Below, piece by piece: positions 9,288 through 17,688 of a stretch of 32,000 nt of DNA. Position 1 is the first letter of the stretch, and each line of letters starts with the position of its first letter. This DNA is from Fibrobacter succinogenes subsp. succinogenes S85 (GTDB lineage Bacteria; Fibrobacterota; Fibrobacteria; Fibrobacterales; Fibrobacteraceae): assembly GCF_000146505.1 (NCBI RefSeq), contig NC_017448.1:1680001-1712000 (forward strand), written 5' to 3'. A program made the position numbers and the translations under genes. The notes beneath the pieces are model-generated. The model was not told the DNA's origin. It saw nothing but the letters and a program-made list of their open reading frames with translations, and made no database searches.

Positions 9288-10379
9288 TTATTCCTTTATT
9301 ATATAAGTATTTGCCCTGAAGTCAGGGGACTCAATAGTCTCTTTTTTCTCTTTCGGTTCAGCCGGCTTCACCACAGGCTTCGGCTTGGAAAGTTCCATCC
9401 TTGAACGGTCAAGGCGTTCGGCATCACCCAGCTTCCACGAGCCACCGGCAACCACCTTATCATATTCTGCAATATGGCGCTTGTTTTCGGGAGTCTGCAA
9501 CTTGGCATTTTCCTTAAGCGGTTTTCTGTTTCCGCCATAGTACATTGACGCAGCCTTCTTGATATCGTTCACGACATCGTCAATTTTCGAGTTCACAACA
9601 CTCTTGAAGACGCGCAGCTGCATGATAGAATTCAGCACCGAGTTTGCAGGGAACACAACTGCAGTAAGTTTGTACTTAAGCTTTCGCGGGGCGACAAGAT
9701 CCATGTCCAAATAGGCAACAGCGGTTCCCTTAAGGGACCATTTCAAAATTTGCGCATAGCCGTACCCAAAGAACATGTTACGAAGCATCGTCTTTGTACC
9801 AGCGCTATCCTGCAAGGCCCAGTAAAAGTCACCGGAAAGACCATGACCGTTGCTGCCCGAGAAATAGCGGCGGTTAAGGCTATTGTATTCCAGTGTATAT
9901 TCCGATTCCAGATAAGCGTTAATCAGGTCTGCAGTAAAGGGCATGTTATCGAACAGGTACGAAATTTCGTTGACCTCAAGCGGGAGCGTCCCCTCGCTAG
10001 AATAGATAGCCCTGTACTGGCGGCCAAGTCGCATAAAGATGTCCGTCATCATCGGAGCATTGACATCCAACGAAAAACCGCGCTTGACAATTTCCTTGTA
10101 CGGGCCACAGAACTCGTTATCATACTCAATCTTGGGCCACGGTTTCAAATCCGCTTCCGTGCAGGCCTCGTACTTGATATCAAGGCACTTATACATTCCC
10201 GAGCAGAACGAACGCATGTTATCGGCGTTGTTCTTCGTTTTCATCAAAAGCTGCCGGCGGGAAACTTCTGACGAAGAGACACTCTTTGTAGCGTAAGACA
10301 TTGACGTGCCAAAAGCAAGCACAAAGCCAATGCAAACACTCAAAAAAGAGAATCGCAAACCCTTACTCTGCATAAGCAC
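9288..10379 (-). CDS. Hypothetical secreted protein (no family recognised)
   Basis: Signal-peptide-like N-terminus (LRFSFLSVCIGFVLAFGTSMSYA). It is packed between the M16-like gene (13-nt gap) and trmH (3-nt gap). The C-terminal tail is Lys/Pro/Glu-rich. Confidence 0.65.
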   Translation of the reverse strand: MLMQSKGLRFSFLSVCIGFVLAFGTSMSYATKSVSSSEVSRRQLLMKTKNNADNMRSFCSGMYKCLDIKYEACTEADLKPWPKIEYDNEFCGPYKEIVKRGFSLDVNAPMMTDIFMRLGRQYRAIYSSEGTLPLEVNEISYLFDNMPFTADLINAYLESEYTLEYNSLNRRYFSGSNGHGLSGDFYWALQDSAGTKTMLRNMFFGYGYAQILKWSLKGTAVAYLDMDLVAPRKLKYKLTAVVFPANSVLNSIMQLRVFKSVVNSKIDDVVNDIKKAASMYYGGNRKPLKENAKLQTPENKRHIAEYDKVVAGGSWKLGDAERLDRSRMELSKPKPVVKPAEPKEKKETIESPDFRANTYIIKE

Positions 10380-10392
10380 CTCCCTTTGAGAT

Positions 10393-11913
10393 TTAACGGA
10401 ACTCTAGGCTGTCCAGAGGAATTACAGTGAACGGCTTGAGCGAATCAAACATAGCGACAGGACCAACGATCGAAATCGTCATCTTTTCGCGGCTAAAGTA
10501 CTTCGCAATCATCGTCTTCACCTGTTCCGCCGTCACAGCATTGATTTCCTTCACATACTCAAGATAATGGTCATCCGACTTGCCCAGGAGCTCACCCCTT
10601 GCAAAAATGGAAGCGGTTGCAGCCGGGGAATCAAAGAGACTCGGCAAGCTTTCAACAAGCGACTTCTTGGCCTGCACAAGTTCTTCGTCCGTAGGGCCGT
10701 TCTTCGCAAGCTTTTCCACTTCCTCAAAAATGAGCTTCATGGCAAAGTCCACGGTCTCCACTTTTGTCTGGAGAGCAATCGTCGTCATCGCCGTGTCGCG
10801 GTAATCGTTACCCACCGTGCTATAGACGCTATAGGCAAGGCCCTCGTCACTACGGACACGGTTCATAAGTCTAGAACTAAAGCTTCCACCGCCCAGGATG
10901 AAGCTAGCGACAGCAGTCGGGTAATAATCCGGATGCGGACGCTTCACAAACGGCTGGTTCATGGTGATGTTCGCCTGCGTGATATCCTTGTCGACCACGT
11001 ACACACCGGGCTTGCGGGCAAAAGCAAGCGGTGCTGGCTTCGGCGATTCGGCCTTCGGTGATTCGACCTTCCAGTCCGCAAAGAACTTCTTGAGCGCGAC
11101 TACCGCAGAATCCTTGTTGACATCACCGGCAAGCGCAAAGACGATGCGTTTCGAAGAGAACACGCCCTTTGCAAGGCGCTTCACGTCGGCAGCGGTGACA
11201 GCCTTGTATTCAGCGGCATTGGCATCCCAGAGTCTCGGATTCGGGGCGTAGTTCACCTTGGCCTTGAGCGCCGAGAGTACCTTGGCAGGAGTTTCATAGC
11301 GGCGTTCATAAGCGGTGACGTAATTCGCCTTCATGATTTCAAGCTGATTCTTGTCAAAGGCCGGGTCCGTCAGCACCTTTTTGGCGAGTTCAAGCATCGA
11401 CGGGAAGTTTGCAGAAAGGCAGTTGATATCAAATGCCGAGAGGTACGTGCCAACGCTCGTCGAAATGGACGCACTTACGAATTCCAGGGAATCTTCAAGG
11501 ACATGCGGAGAAATACCGCCACCCGCACCACGACGGATCATGGAACCAACCATTTCAAAAGCGGCTTCGTCCTTCAGGACCTGCGGCAAATGGCTTTCTT
11601 CAAAATAGACCGAGAAATCCACTAGCGGAAGCGTACTGTCACTGACGATATAGCCCGTAATTCCATCTGCAATTTCTACACGGAAATCCTTCGGGTACGG
11701 AGCGACATACTTATATTCAGGGAATTCAATCTTGCTATAATGTTCGGGCAATTGGCTAGACACCCCCATTGCAGAACTAGAACTATCCACAGCGGAAGCG
11801 TACATATCCGGCACATGCTTCACATGCGGTGACTTTTTTGGCATCATGGAGCATGATGTCATGGCCACCAAAGACACGCCTAGAGCGATATAAATCTTGT
11901 AATTCGTTTTCAT
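10393..11913 (-). CDS. Peptidase M16 (insulinase/pitrilysin) family lipoprotein, apparently lacking the HxxEH zinc motif
   Basis: Lipobox VAMTSC at the N-terminus. The M16-type two-lobe sequence includes FEMVGSMIRRGAGG, NQLEIMKANYVTAYERRYETPAKVL and RLMNRVRSDEGLAYSVYS. I found no HxxEH in the translation, so it is probably a non-catalytic or partner subunit. Confidence 0.7.
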   Translation of the reverse strand: MKTNYKIYIALGVSLVAMTSCSMMPKKSPHVKHVPDMYASAVDSSSSAMGVSSQLPEHYSKIEFPEYKYVAPYPKDFRVEIADGITGYIVSDSTLPLVDFSVYFEESHLPQVLKDEAAFEMVGSMIRRGAGGGISPHVLEDSLEFVSASISTSVGTYLSAFDINCLSANFPSMLELAKKVLTDPAFDKNQLEIMKANYVTAYERRYETPAKVLSALKAKVNYAPNPRLWDANAAEYKAVTAADVKRLAKGVFSSKRIVFALAGDVNKDSAVVALKKFFADWKVESPKAESPKPAPLAFARKPGVYVVDKDITQANITMNQPFVKRPHPDYYPTAVASFILGGGSFSSRLMNRVRSDEGLAYSVYSTVGNDYRDTAMTTIALQTKVETVDFAMKLIFEEVEKLAKNGPTDEELVQAKKSLVESLPSLFDSPAATASIFARGELLGKSDDHYLEYVKEINAVTAEQVKTMIAKYFSREKMTISIVGPVAMFDSLKPFTVIPLDSLEFR

Positions 11914-12149
11914 CTATTAGAAAATAGTAAACTTCTGGTAAAAAAAGATAAGCCAGGTCGGAGCATTCCAACATAGACCATGAAATTTACGGATTATTCG
12001 TCCCCATACCGAAATAAGTCATATATTAATACTTGAGCCTTCCTAGTGGCCACAACACGCGTAGTAAGCCTACCTCCGGCTTCCGCACAGTTCTCCAGTC
12101 GAGACACAAGCCCCACCAGGAAGGCTTCTTCAATCCCTCCTATGAAAAA

Positions 12150-12180
12150 GACCCGACGCGAGCGCGCCGGGCCTTTTTTA
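12150..12180 (-). terminator. Rho-independent terminator (bidirectional-looking) downstream of the VWA gene
   Basis: GC-rich hairpin: CCCG(A)CGCG at 12152-12160, loop AGC, CGCG(C)CGGG at 12164-12172. An A5 run lies on one side and a T6 run on the other. On the minus strand it sits about 37 nt after the stop at 12217. Confidence 0.65.
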
Positions 12181-12208
12181 GTAAACAGTGGTTAGTTAAT
12201 AGTGGCTA
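12181..12208. repeat. GT-initiated heptamer word array: GTAAACA GTGGTTA GTTAATA GTGGCTA
   Basis: Four in-phase heptamers. They share words, and the 11-mer CAGTGGTTAGT (12186-12196), with the arrays at 16929-16956 and 18716-18757. Confidence 0.7.
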
Positions 12209-12216
12209 GGTCCCCA

Positions 12217-13245
12217 TCAGCTAAAGCGACCATTGAGCTGTTTGCGGCGGCGGCCACGTTCCGAGATAACAGCCTCAATCAAAAACAGGAGGGCTGCAAG
12301 CCCGAGGAAAATCTGGTAGCGGTCCTGGTAATTTTCCATGCGGTCACTGCTCTGGTCCTTCTTTTCAAGCGTTGCAATTTCGGTCAAGACCTTTTGCAGC
12401 TGGAACTCGCCCGGACTTGCGTAAAAGTAAAGCGCACCCGTCACATTTGCAATTTCCTGAAGCGTCCCTTCTTCAAGGCGTGTCGTCACGATGTTGCCTT
12501 GCATATCCTTCTTGTAGACGCTACCGCCGTTCTTGTCCTTGAGCGGTATAGGCACGCCTTCGCGGGAACCGATACCGATTGTATAAATCTTGATGCCAAA
12601 TTCAGCCGCTTCCTTAGCGGCATTGACTGCTGCGGCTTCAAGTTCTTCGCCATCGCTCATGAGAATCATCACAGAATGTTGGCTTGCACCACCGGAGTTT
12701 TTGAACAAAGTCATACCCTTGCGGATAGCGCTTTCGAGGTTCGTACCCGGCATGAGCCACCCCGGATTGAGTTCACGAAGCACCATCTGCACCGTACCGT
12801 AATCAAGCGTCAAAGGCACCATGACCTGAGCTTCACCACTGAACGCCACAAGACCCACGCGGTCTCCCGTCAGAGATTCAAGGAAAGCCGAAATCTCGTG
12901 ACGACTACGCACCAAACGGTTTGGCTTCACATCTTCGGCAAGCATCGAAAGCGAAATATCCTGCAACAGCACAAGATCCTGGCCACGGCGTTCCACGTGT
13001 TCCATCTTGCGGCCCCACTGCGGACGGGCTAGTGCAACAAACAGGAATGCAATCGCGAGGAGCAAAAGCAAGACTTTAGTCAGGCGCCTCCACGGAGAAA
13101 CGCTCGTCGAAAGTTTCGAAAGCATAGGGAGCGATACAAAACGGGCAGCCAGTTTTTTACGGCGATGGTAAGCATACACAAACAGAAGTGCAAACAAGGG
13201 CAGAGTAAAAAGGCCCCACAAAAAATTCGGTTCGGCAAATCTCAT
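12217..13245 (-). CDS. VWA domain-containing membrane protein, BatA/BatB (aerotolerance) family
   Basis: N-terminal TM pair (FLWGLFTLPLFALLFVYAYHRRKK; VLLLLLAIAFLFVALARPQ). VWA MIDAS motif LLQDISLSM, then VGLVAFSGEA and ILMSDGE. A C-terminal TM anchor is present. Confidence 0.8.
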   Translation of the reverse strand: MRFAEPNFLWGLFTLPLFALLFVYAYHRRKKLAARFVSLPMLSKLSTSVSPWRRLTKVLLLLLAIAFLFVALARPQWGRKMEHVERRGQDLVLLQDISLSMLAEDVKPNRLVRSRHEISAFLESLTGDRVGLVAFSGEAQVMVPLTLDYGTVQMVLRELNPGWLMPGTNLESAIRKGMTLFKNSGGASQHSVMILMSDGEELEAAAVNAAKEAAEFGIKIYTIGIGSREGVPIPLKDKNGGSVYKKDMQGNIVTTRLEEGTLQEIANVTGALYFYASPGEFQLQKVLTEIATLEKKDQSSDRMENYQDRYQIFLGLAALLFLIEAVISERGRRRKQLNGRFS

Positions 13246-13403
13246 TATCTACTCCGATAAAACATCTTGTATCAACAAGCACCAAGAATATACAAAAGTC
13301 TGCGGAAAAAAACTTTTAAAATGGTTTTGATTTCTTTTCATAAAGTCTTCATACGAAAAGCTTGCAAATAGTTATATTTCCTACTAAGGTTCAGGTTGCG
13401 AGA

Positions 13404-14573
13404 ATGTCTTACGTAGGCTTAATAGAAATCAACATCATCTGCATAACAGTATTGCTCATTACACTGTTGCAGTTCAAGGATAGTATCCTCAGACACCTTG
13501 AAGAACGTATTCTCGGTTTTACCATCATCGATACCATCATCTACATCGTGTTAAGCACGGTGACCAAGATGCTGTACTCGGTGCATATCCAGAGCGACCT
13601 CTATTCCAGCAACCAGAAAATTTGCGTCATTTACGCCATCATGTACGCCCTGAGCTTGAGCTCTTCATTGCTCCTCGCCCAGCTGTGGTTCTCGTTTATA
13701 TTCCTACGAATCCGCAAAAGCGTCTACTCGTACAAACACCTGTTCCCGCTTTTTTCAACACCAAGCATTATCGGCATTTTCATCTGCATCGGCATCAGCA
13801 TCTACGGCTTTACAAACGACTGCCACACCACATCGTTGCAATTCAGGCGCCTACTGCCATTCCTCATCGGGCTGAACTTCATATACATTCTGGCGACAAT
13901 GGTGCTTGGCATTCAGCATGCCATTACGCAAAAGAATTCTACAAACCGCAAGGAAGCGTTCTACCTTTCATTTATAGCCCTTGTGCCAAGCGGAAGCTGC
14001 ATCATCCAGTACTTCGTTCCAGACATTCCGCTCACCGACCCGATTTTCGCGCTCACACTCCTGCACGTCTACGTCACGCTCTTGAAGTACAGAATCACGT
14101 CTGACCCACTTACCGGCGTGAACAACAAGATCCGACTGATCGAATACCTCCAGTACATCACACAGCACCAAGATCCGAGCAAGCGCCTGTTCATTCTCGT
14201 GATGGAAGTTGACTTTTTCAAGGATATTGTGCGCAACTTCGGTTATGAAATGTCCGACCGCGTCGTCGCCGACTTAGCATCTTTCTTCAAGCGCCAGTGC
14301 AGAGGACAAAACGCGTTTTTGGCAAGGACAAGGGACAACCAGTTTGCGATTGTCATGGAACGCGACGAGGTTTCAGAAATCGAATCTTTCTGCCAGAAGC
14401 TCGTACGTGAATGCGACCGCGACAGCATGCAGTCCGACATGACCACATGGAAAATTTCATTCAGCCTGCATTACGCTGAAATTTCAAACATCTCTACAAG
14501 CAATATTTCGCAAATCTTTGCCGAAGCCAAGAAGAACTGCTACAAGCCAGAAACTCCGGCACCGAAGGATTAG
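13404..14573 (+). CDS. Multi-pass membrane protein with a C-terminal degenerate GGDEF domain (RDNQF in place of GGDEF)
   Basis: About 6-7 predicted TM helices, then a GGDEF-fold signature: DPLTGVNNKIRL, FILVMEVDFFKDIVRNFGYEMSDRVV, and ARTRDNQFAIVM, where RDNQF (14331-14345) replaces GGDEF. There is no RxxD I-site upstream. The start was moved from the track's TTG (13362) to the ATG at 13404. Confidence 0.75.
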   Translation: MSYVGLIEINIICITVLLITLLQFKDSILRHLEERILGFTIIDTIIYIVLSTVTKMLYSVHIQSDLYSSNQKICVIYAIMYALSLSSSLLLAQLWFSFIFLRIRKSVYSYKHLFPLFSTPSIIGIFICIGISIYGFTNDCHTTSLQFRRLLPFLIGLNFIYILATMVLGIQHAITQKNSTNRKEAFYLSFIALVPSGSCIIQYFVPDIPLTDPIFALTLLHVYVTLLKYRITSDPLTGVNNKIRLIEYLQYITQHQDPSKRLFILVMEVDFFKDIVRNFGYEMSDRVVADLASFFKRQCRGQNAFLARTRDNQFAIVMERDEVSEIESFCQKLVRECDRDSMQSDMTTWKISFSLHYAEISNISTSNISQIFAEAKKNCYKPETPAPKD

Positions 14574-14611
14574 TCGGCAGAACTTAGTTGGCAGAGCTTA
14601 GAAATGCTTAA
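14574..14611. repeat. Tandem 14-mers TCGGCAGAACTTAG / TTGGCAGAGCTTAG followed by AATGCTTAA
   Basis: Two adjacent near-identical 14-mers (14574-14587 and 14588-14601), then AATGCTTAA (14603-14611). The same TTGGCAGAACTTAG ... AATGCTTAA unit recurs at 17057-17083. Confidence 0.7.
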
Positions 14612-14640
14612 AGAGAAAAGAGATGTTCTAAGTTCTAAAA

Positions 14641-15744
14641 TCACGGGATTCTCACGAATCGGGTGTTCGCAAGGATGAGTTCAAGCAGAATGAGGAGCGC
14701 ACCGACCAGAAGCCACGGGTAGAATTTTTCGGCATAGCGGGCGTAAGCAATCGTCTCAATTTCCGTTTTTTCGAGTTCATCGATTTCAGAGTAAATCTTT
14801 TCAAGTTCAGCCTTGTTTTCGGCACGGTAGAAACGTCCACCCGTCTTTGACGCAATCGCCTTGAGCACGTCCTCGTCAATGCCTTCCTCAGGCGTAATGT
14901 CGCGTTCGCCCCAGGAGATTTCACCAGTCCACGGGTTCTGCTGGAACGCAAGAATCTTGCCGGACTTTTTGCCGACACCGACAGTATAAACCTTCACGCC
15001 CAGGGACTTCGCCACCTCGGCAGCACGCACCGGCGGAACGACACTCGCATTGTCGCGGCCATCAGTCAAGAGAATCACCACGCGAGACTTGGCATCGGAC
15101 ATCTTGAGCCTGGCAAGCGCGTTCATCAAGCCATCGCCAATGGCGGTCCTGTTGTTCACAAGCGTATCGCGAGCAAGGTCGTCGCTTGCCTTCAAGATTT
15201 CAAGCAGGGAACCATAATCCATCGTGAGCGGACACTGCGTAAACGAGCGAGCGCCAAATGCCGAAAGGCCAATACGGTCGCTATGGCGCTTGCCAATAAA
15301 TTCGGCAATTACGTCCTGCGCGTAACCGAGACGGCTGTATTTCCAGTATTCGCCGCGTTTCAAGATTTTTTCGGCATTCATCACGCCAAGCTTCGCCTGT
15401 TCGGTACGGGTAAGCATGTCAAGCGTTCCCATAGAGCCCGAAACGTCAAGTGCAAGCATGATATCGACACCATCCGTCGAAGTGTATTCGACTTCCATCG
15501 CATTCTGCGGACGGGCAAGAGCCACCACAAAGCAAACGAGGGCAGCCAGGCGAAAAGCCGGAACAATATGCCTAAACCTTACACGACGGCTAGGAACCGC
15601 CTTCTTTGCAATGGCTAGCGCCGGGAACTTAATTGTACTCTTACGACGCTGCTGGCGGTAAACATAAAGCGCAACCAACAGCGGAACAAACAACAACAGC
15701 CAAAAGGCTTCGGGATTTTGAAAATGAAGGGCTCCAATATCCAT
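14641..15744 (-). CDS. VWA domain-containing membrane protein, BatA/BatB (aerotolerance) family
   Basis: N-terminal TM helices (AFWLLLFVPLLVALYVYRQQRRK; AFRLAALVCFVVALARPQ). MIDAS motif LALDVSGSMG, then ILLTDGRDN and VYTVGVG. C-terminal TM helix WLLVGALLILLELIL. Confidence 0.8.
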   Translation of the reverse strand: MDIGALHFQNPEAFWLLLFVPLLVALYVYRQQRRKSTIKFPALAIAKKAVPSRRVRFRHIVPAFRLAALVCFVVALARPQNAMEVEYTSTDGVDIMLALDVSGSMGTLDMLTRTEQAKLGVMNAEKILKRGEYWKYSRLGYAQDVIAEFIGKRHSDRIGLSAFGARSFTQCPLTMDYGSLLEILKASDDLARDTLVNNRTAIGDGLMNALARLKMSDAKSRVVILLTDGRDNASVVPPVRAAEVAKSLGVKVYTVGVGKKSGKILAFQQNPWTGEISWGERDITPEEGIDEDVLKAIASKTGGRFYRAENKAELEKIYSEIDELEKTEIETIAYARYAEKFYPWLLVGALLILLELILANTRFVRIP

Positions 15745-15830
15745 TTCAGCTCCAAAATAACGAAAAACGACAAATTACATGCAAGAATATACAATTTAGT
15801 CGTCGCGGAGACAATTCCGAAAACCGAATT

Positions 15831-16151
15831 CTACAACAGCATGAGTCCATCGACACCGAGCACGGTGAGACACGATACTACAGCGACTGTCACAAGGCCA
15901 CCACCGAGGAGCGATGCGACCACAGCGGCAAGGAGCGCGCAGGCGCCCGTCAAACGGCTATCCGTCGCAAAGAAGATCGCAGGCACGGTCATCGCACTGA
16001 GCACGGTATAAGGCACGTAAGCGAGGAACGAGCTCCAGAACACGCTCTTGAGCTTTTTGCGAAGCAAAATGAACGGCACCGCACGCAAGAACAGCGTCAC
16101 GCCAGCCATCACGAGCAAGTAAATCAAGTAAGTTTGCATGTTGATATTCAT
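15831..16151 (-). CDS. azlD: Branched-chain amino acid transport protein AzlD
   Basis: 106-aa hydrophobic protein (LVMAGVTLFLRAVPFILL...). Its start overlaps the azlC stop as ATGA (16148-16151), the classic azlCD arrangement. Confidence 0.75.
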   Translation of the reverse strand: MNINMQTYLIYLLVMAGVTLFLRAVPFILLRKKLKSVFWSSFLAYVPYTVLSAMTVPAIFFATDSRLTGACALLAAVVASLLGGGLVTVAVVSCLTVLGVDGLMLL

Positions 16152-16858
16152 TTGGCCACCTCGTCATCTGCATTGACGTTTTGCATCGGAAAGAGCCATG
16201 CTGCAATAAAGGATGCCACGAGTGCGCAAATGATAATTGCAAAACCGACAGACACGCCACTCAACGGCGGGAAGAACTTGAACGCGCAACTGAGCGCAAC
16301 CGCAATCACGACCGCAAAAACCGTCGGGCCATGCACCTTCATCTGCGGCACCACAATCGCCACAAACATGCCATAAAGAGCAACGCCAAGGGCATTCGTC
16401 ACCATCGCCGGGAGAATTTCACCGCAAATGGCACCAACCATCGTCCCAAGCGACCAGCCAATGTAAGGGAGCGTCGAAAGCCCAAAGAAGTAAATCGGCG
16501 TCACGCGCTTCTGCGACATTGCCACTGCAAAAATCTCGTCCGTGATGCCAGTCGCGAGCAAAAGGCGCTTTACCGTACCAAAATCCGACGAGACCTTCTG
16601 GGAAAGTGAAATCGCCATCAGCGAATAGCGGAGGTTGATAAAGAACGTCGCAAGCGCCATCTCGATAAACGTACCGGCAGCATCTGCCATGATCTGGAGC
16701 CCAGCAAACTGGCCTGCCGAGGTCAAATTCGTCATGGATATAAGCGTCACAAGCGGCCACGAAAAGATCTTTGAGCCCGCAATACCAAAAGAGAACGAGA
16801 CGGCAAAGTAGCCAAGCCCAATCGGGGAACCGTCCTTTAAGCCCTTCAAATAACTCAT
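16148..16858 (-). CDS. azlC: AzlC-family branched-chain amino acid permease/exporter subunit
   Basis: AzlC-like N-terminus GLKDGSPIGLGYFAVSFSFGI and the ...NLTSAGQFAG... motif. Polytopic membrane protein of 236 aa. Confidence 0.8.
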   Translation of the reverse strand: MSYLKGLKDGSPIGLGYFAVSFSFGIAGSKIFSWPLVTLISMTNLTSAGQFAGLQIMADAAGTFIEMALATFFINLRYSLMAISLSQKVSSDFGTVKRLLLATGITDEIFAVAMSQKRVTPIYFFGLSTLPYIGWSLGTMVGAICGEILPAMVTNALGVALYGMFVAIVVPQMKVHGPTVFAVVIAVALSCAFKFFPPLSGVSVGFAIIICALVASFIAAWLFPMQNVNADDEVAK

Positions 16859-16928
16859 GGGCGCAAAGATAGCATTTTTAAGAGACTTTGGGGTGATTTA
16901 TGCAAATATTTAAATACATGCAATTTTT

Positions 16929-16956
16929 GTAGGAAGTAGACAGTGGTTAGTAAACA
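16929..16956. repeat. GT-initiated heptamer word array: GTAGGAA GTAGACA GTGGTTA GTAAACA
   Basis: It uses the same vocabulary as 12181-12208 and 18716-18757, in a different order. It contains CAGTGGTTAGT (16941-16951) and GTAGGAAGTAG (16929-16939). Confidence 0.7.
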
Positions 16957-17056
16957 GCAGGACAAATGCGTAGGTCGAGTGTCGCGGTCAAGCTTGCTTG
17001 GACATGACCGAGGCCAGCATTTGGCACTTGAACGAAGTGAAAGTGCAAGTTAGAAG

Positions 17057-17083
17057 TTGGCAGAACTTAGACTCAATGCTTAA
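17057..17083. repeat. Second copy of the TTGGCAGAACTTAG ... AATGCTTAA unit
   Basis: TTGGCAGAACTTAG at 17057-17070 and AATGCTTAA at 17075-17083. Compare 14588-14611. Confidence 0.65.
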
Positions 17084-17095
17084 GGCTTAGGGCAT

Positions 17096-17125
17096 AAAAA
17101 AAGCCCGCAGCACTAAGCCACGGGT
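17096..17125 (-). terminator. Probable Rho-independent terminator after the 147-aa secreted-protein gene
   Basis: Minus-strand hairpin ACCCGTGGC-TTAGT-GCTGCGGGC with a 2-nt internal mismatch, followed by a U7 run (A-run 17096-17102 on the + strand). It lies about 25 nt past the stop at 17149. Confidence 0.5.
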
Positions 17126-17148
17126 TAAGATTCGAGAAAACTCAGCTA

Positions 17149-17592
17149 TTAGTTTTCGCCGTTGCGCATTTCCATCGTTTCACGGTCCATCGTGTGCTGC
17201 AAGTATTCCTTGAAATCACGGTCGATGTTCACACCGTCAAAGTCGATGTCGTCGTTTTCCAACACGAACACGGCGCTCGGGTTATCAAGCCAGCCCACGA
17301 TGTCCACGTCTTCCAACTTCATGGACTTGTCGCCAGCCTTCTGGGCAACGTATTCAACCTTGGACTTCGGAACCCAGCCCTGACCGCAGGCGCCCTTCAC
17401 GAGGACTTCGGTATCGCCTTCTTTCAAGACTGTCATTTCGTCGTTGAAGCTAGCCGTGCAGACTACGGAGCCACCATCTTTTTCTTTGGTGAGTTCCACA
17501 TCGCCCAGCTTGGACTTGACCTTCTTGGCTGCAAAAGAAGAGGCAACCAGCAAAGCGAAGGCGACAAACATAATTTTTTTCATCATTTTCAT
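17149..17592 (-). CDS. Small secreted hypothetical protein
   Basis: Signal peptide MKMMKKIMFVAFALLVASSFA. The 147-aa product has an acidic C-terminal half. No family recognised. Confidence 0.65.
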   Translation of the reverse strand: MKMMKKIMFVAFALLVASSFAAKKVKSKLGDVELTKEKDGGSVVCTASFNDEMTVLKEGDTEVLVKGACGQGWVPKSKVEYVAQKAGDKSMKLEDVDIVGWLDNPSAVFVLENDDIDFDGVNIDRDFKEYLQHTMDRETMEMRNGEN

Positions 17593-17688
17593 AGCGAATC
17601 CTCAAAACAAGGGAAATATTCAACAATGCTATACGAATATACCTTTTATTTTGCCAATCCGTTGCATTTTCTTTTAAATTTTTACGCA

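Noticed and set aside
8676-9404. Other antisense ORFs over 200 aa (8676-9404, 12202-13032, 15633-16376, 24837-25526, 26676-27434, 2219-3010)
   Set aside because: Each overlaps a gene on the opposite strand that has family-specific motifs (TrmH, VWA, AzlC/D, ABC ATPase, GGGPS, PtsI). None has motifs of its own.
10393-11913. Calling the M16-family protein an active zinc protease
   Set aside because: I could not find the HxxEH motif in the translation, so only family membership is claimed, probably as a non-catalytic subunit.
12141-12194. 17-codon + strand mini-ORF (MKKTRRERAGPFLVNSG) and a 44-53-codon minus-strand frame across 11990-12140
   Set aside because: The mini-ORF is simply the terminator hairpin read as codons and has no SD (CCCTCCT precedes it). 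The minus-strand frame has only non-ATG starts poorly spaced from the AGGAGGG, and there is no supporting similarity.
17194-17688. N-terminal 165-codon extension of the mltG ORF in the track
   Set aside because: The extension is antisense to the 147-aa secreted-protein gene and crosses the divergent promoter region. The MltG-type TM anchor begins at the ATG at 17689.
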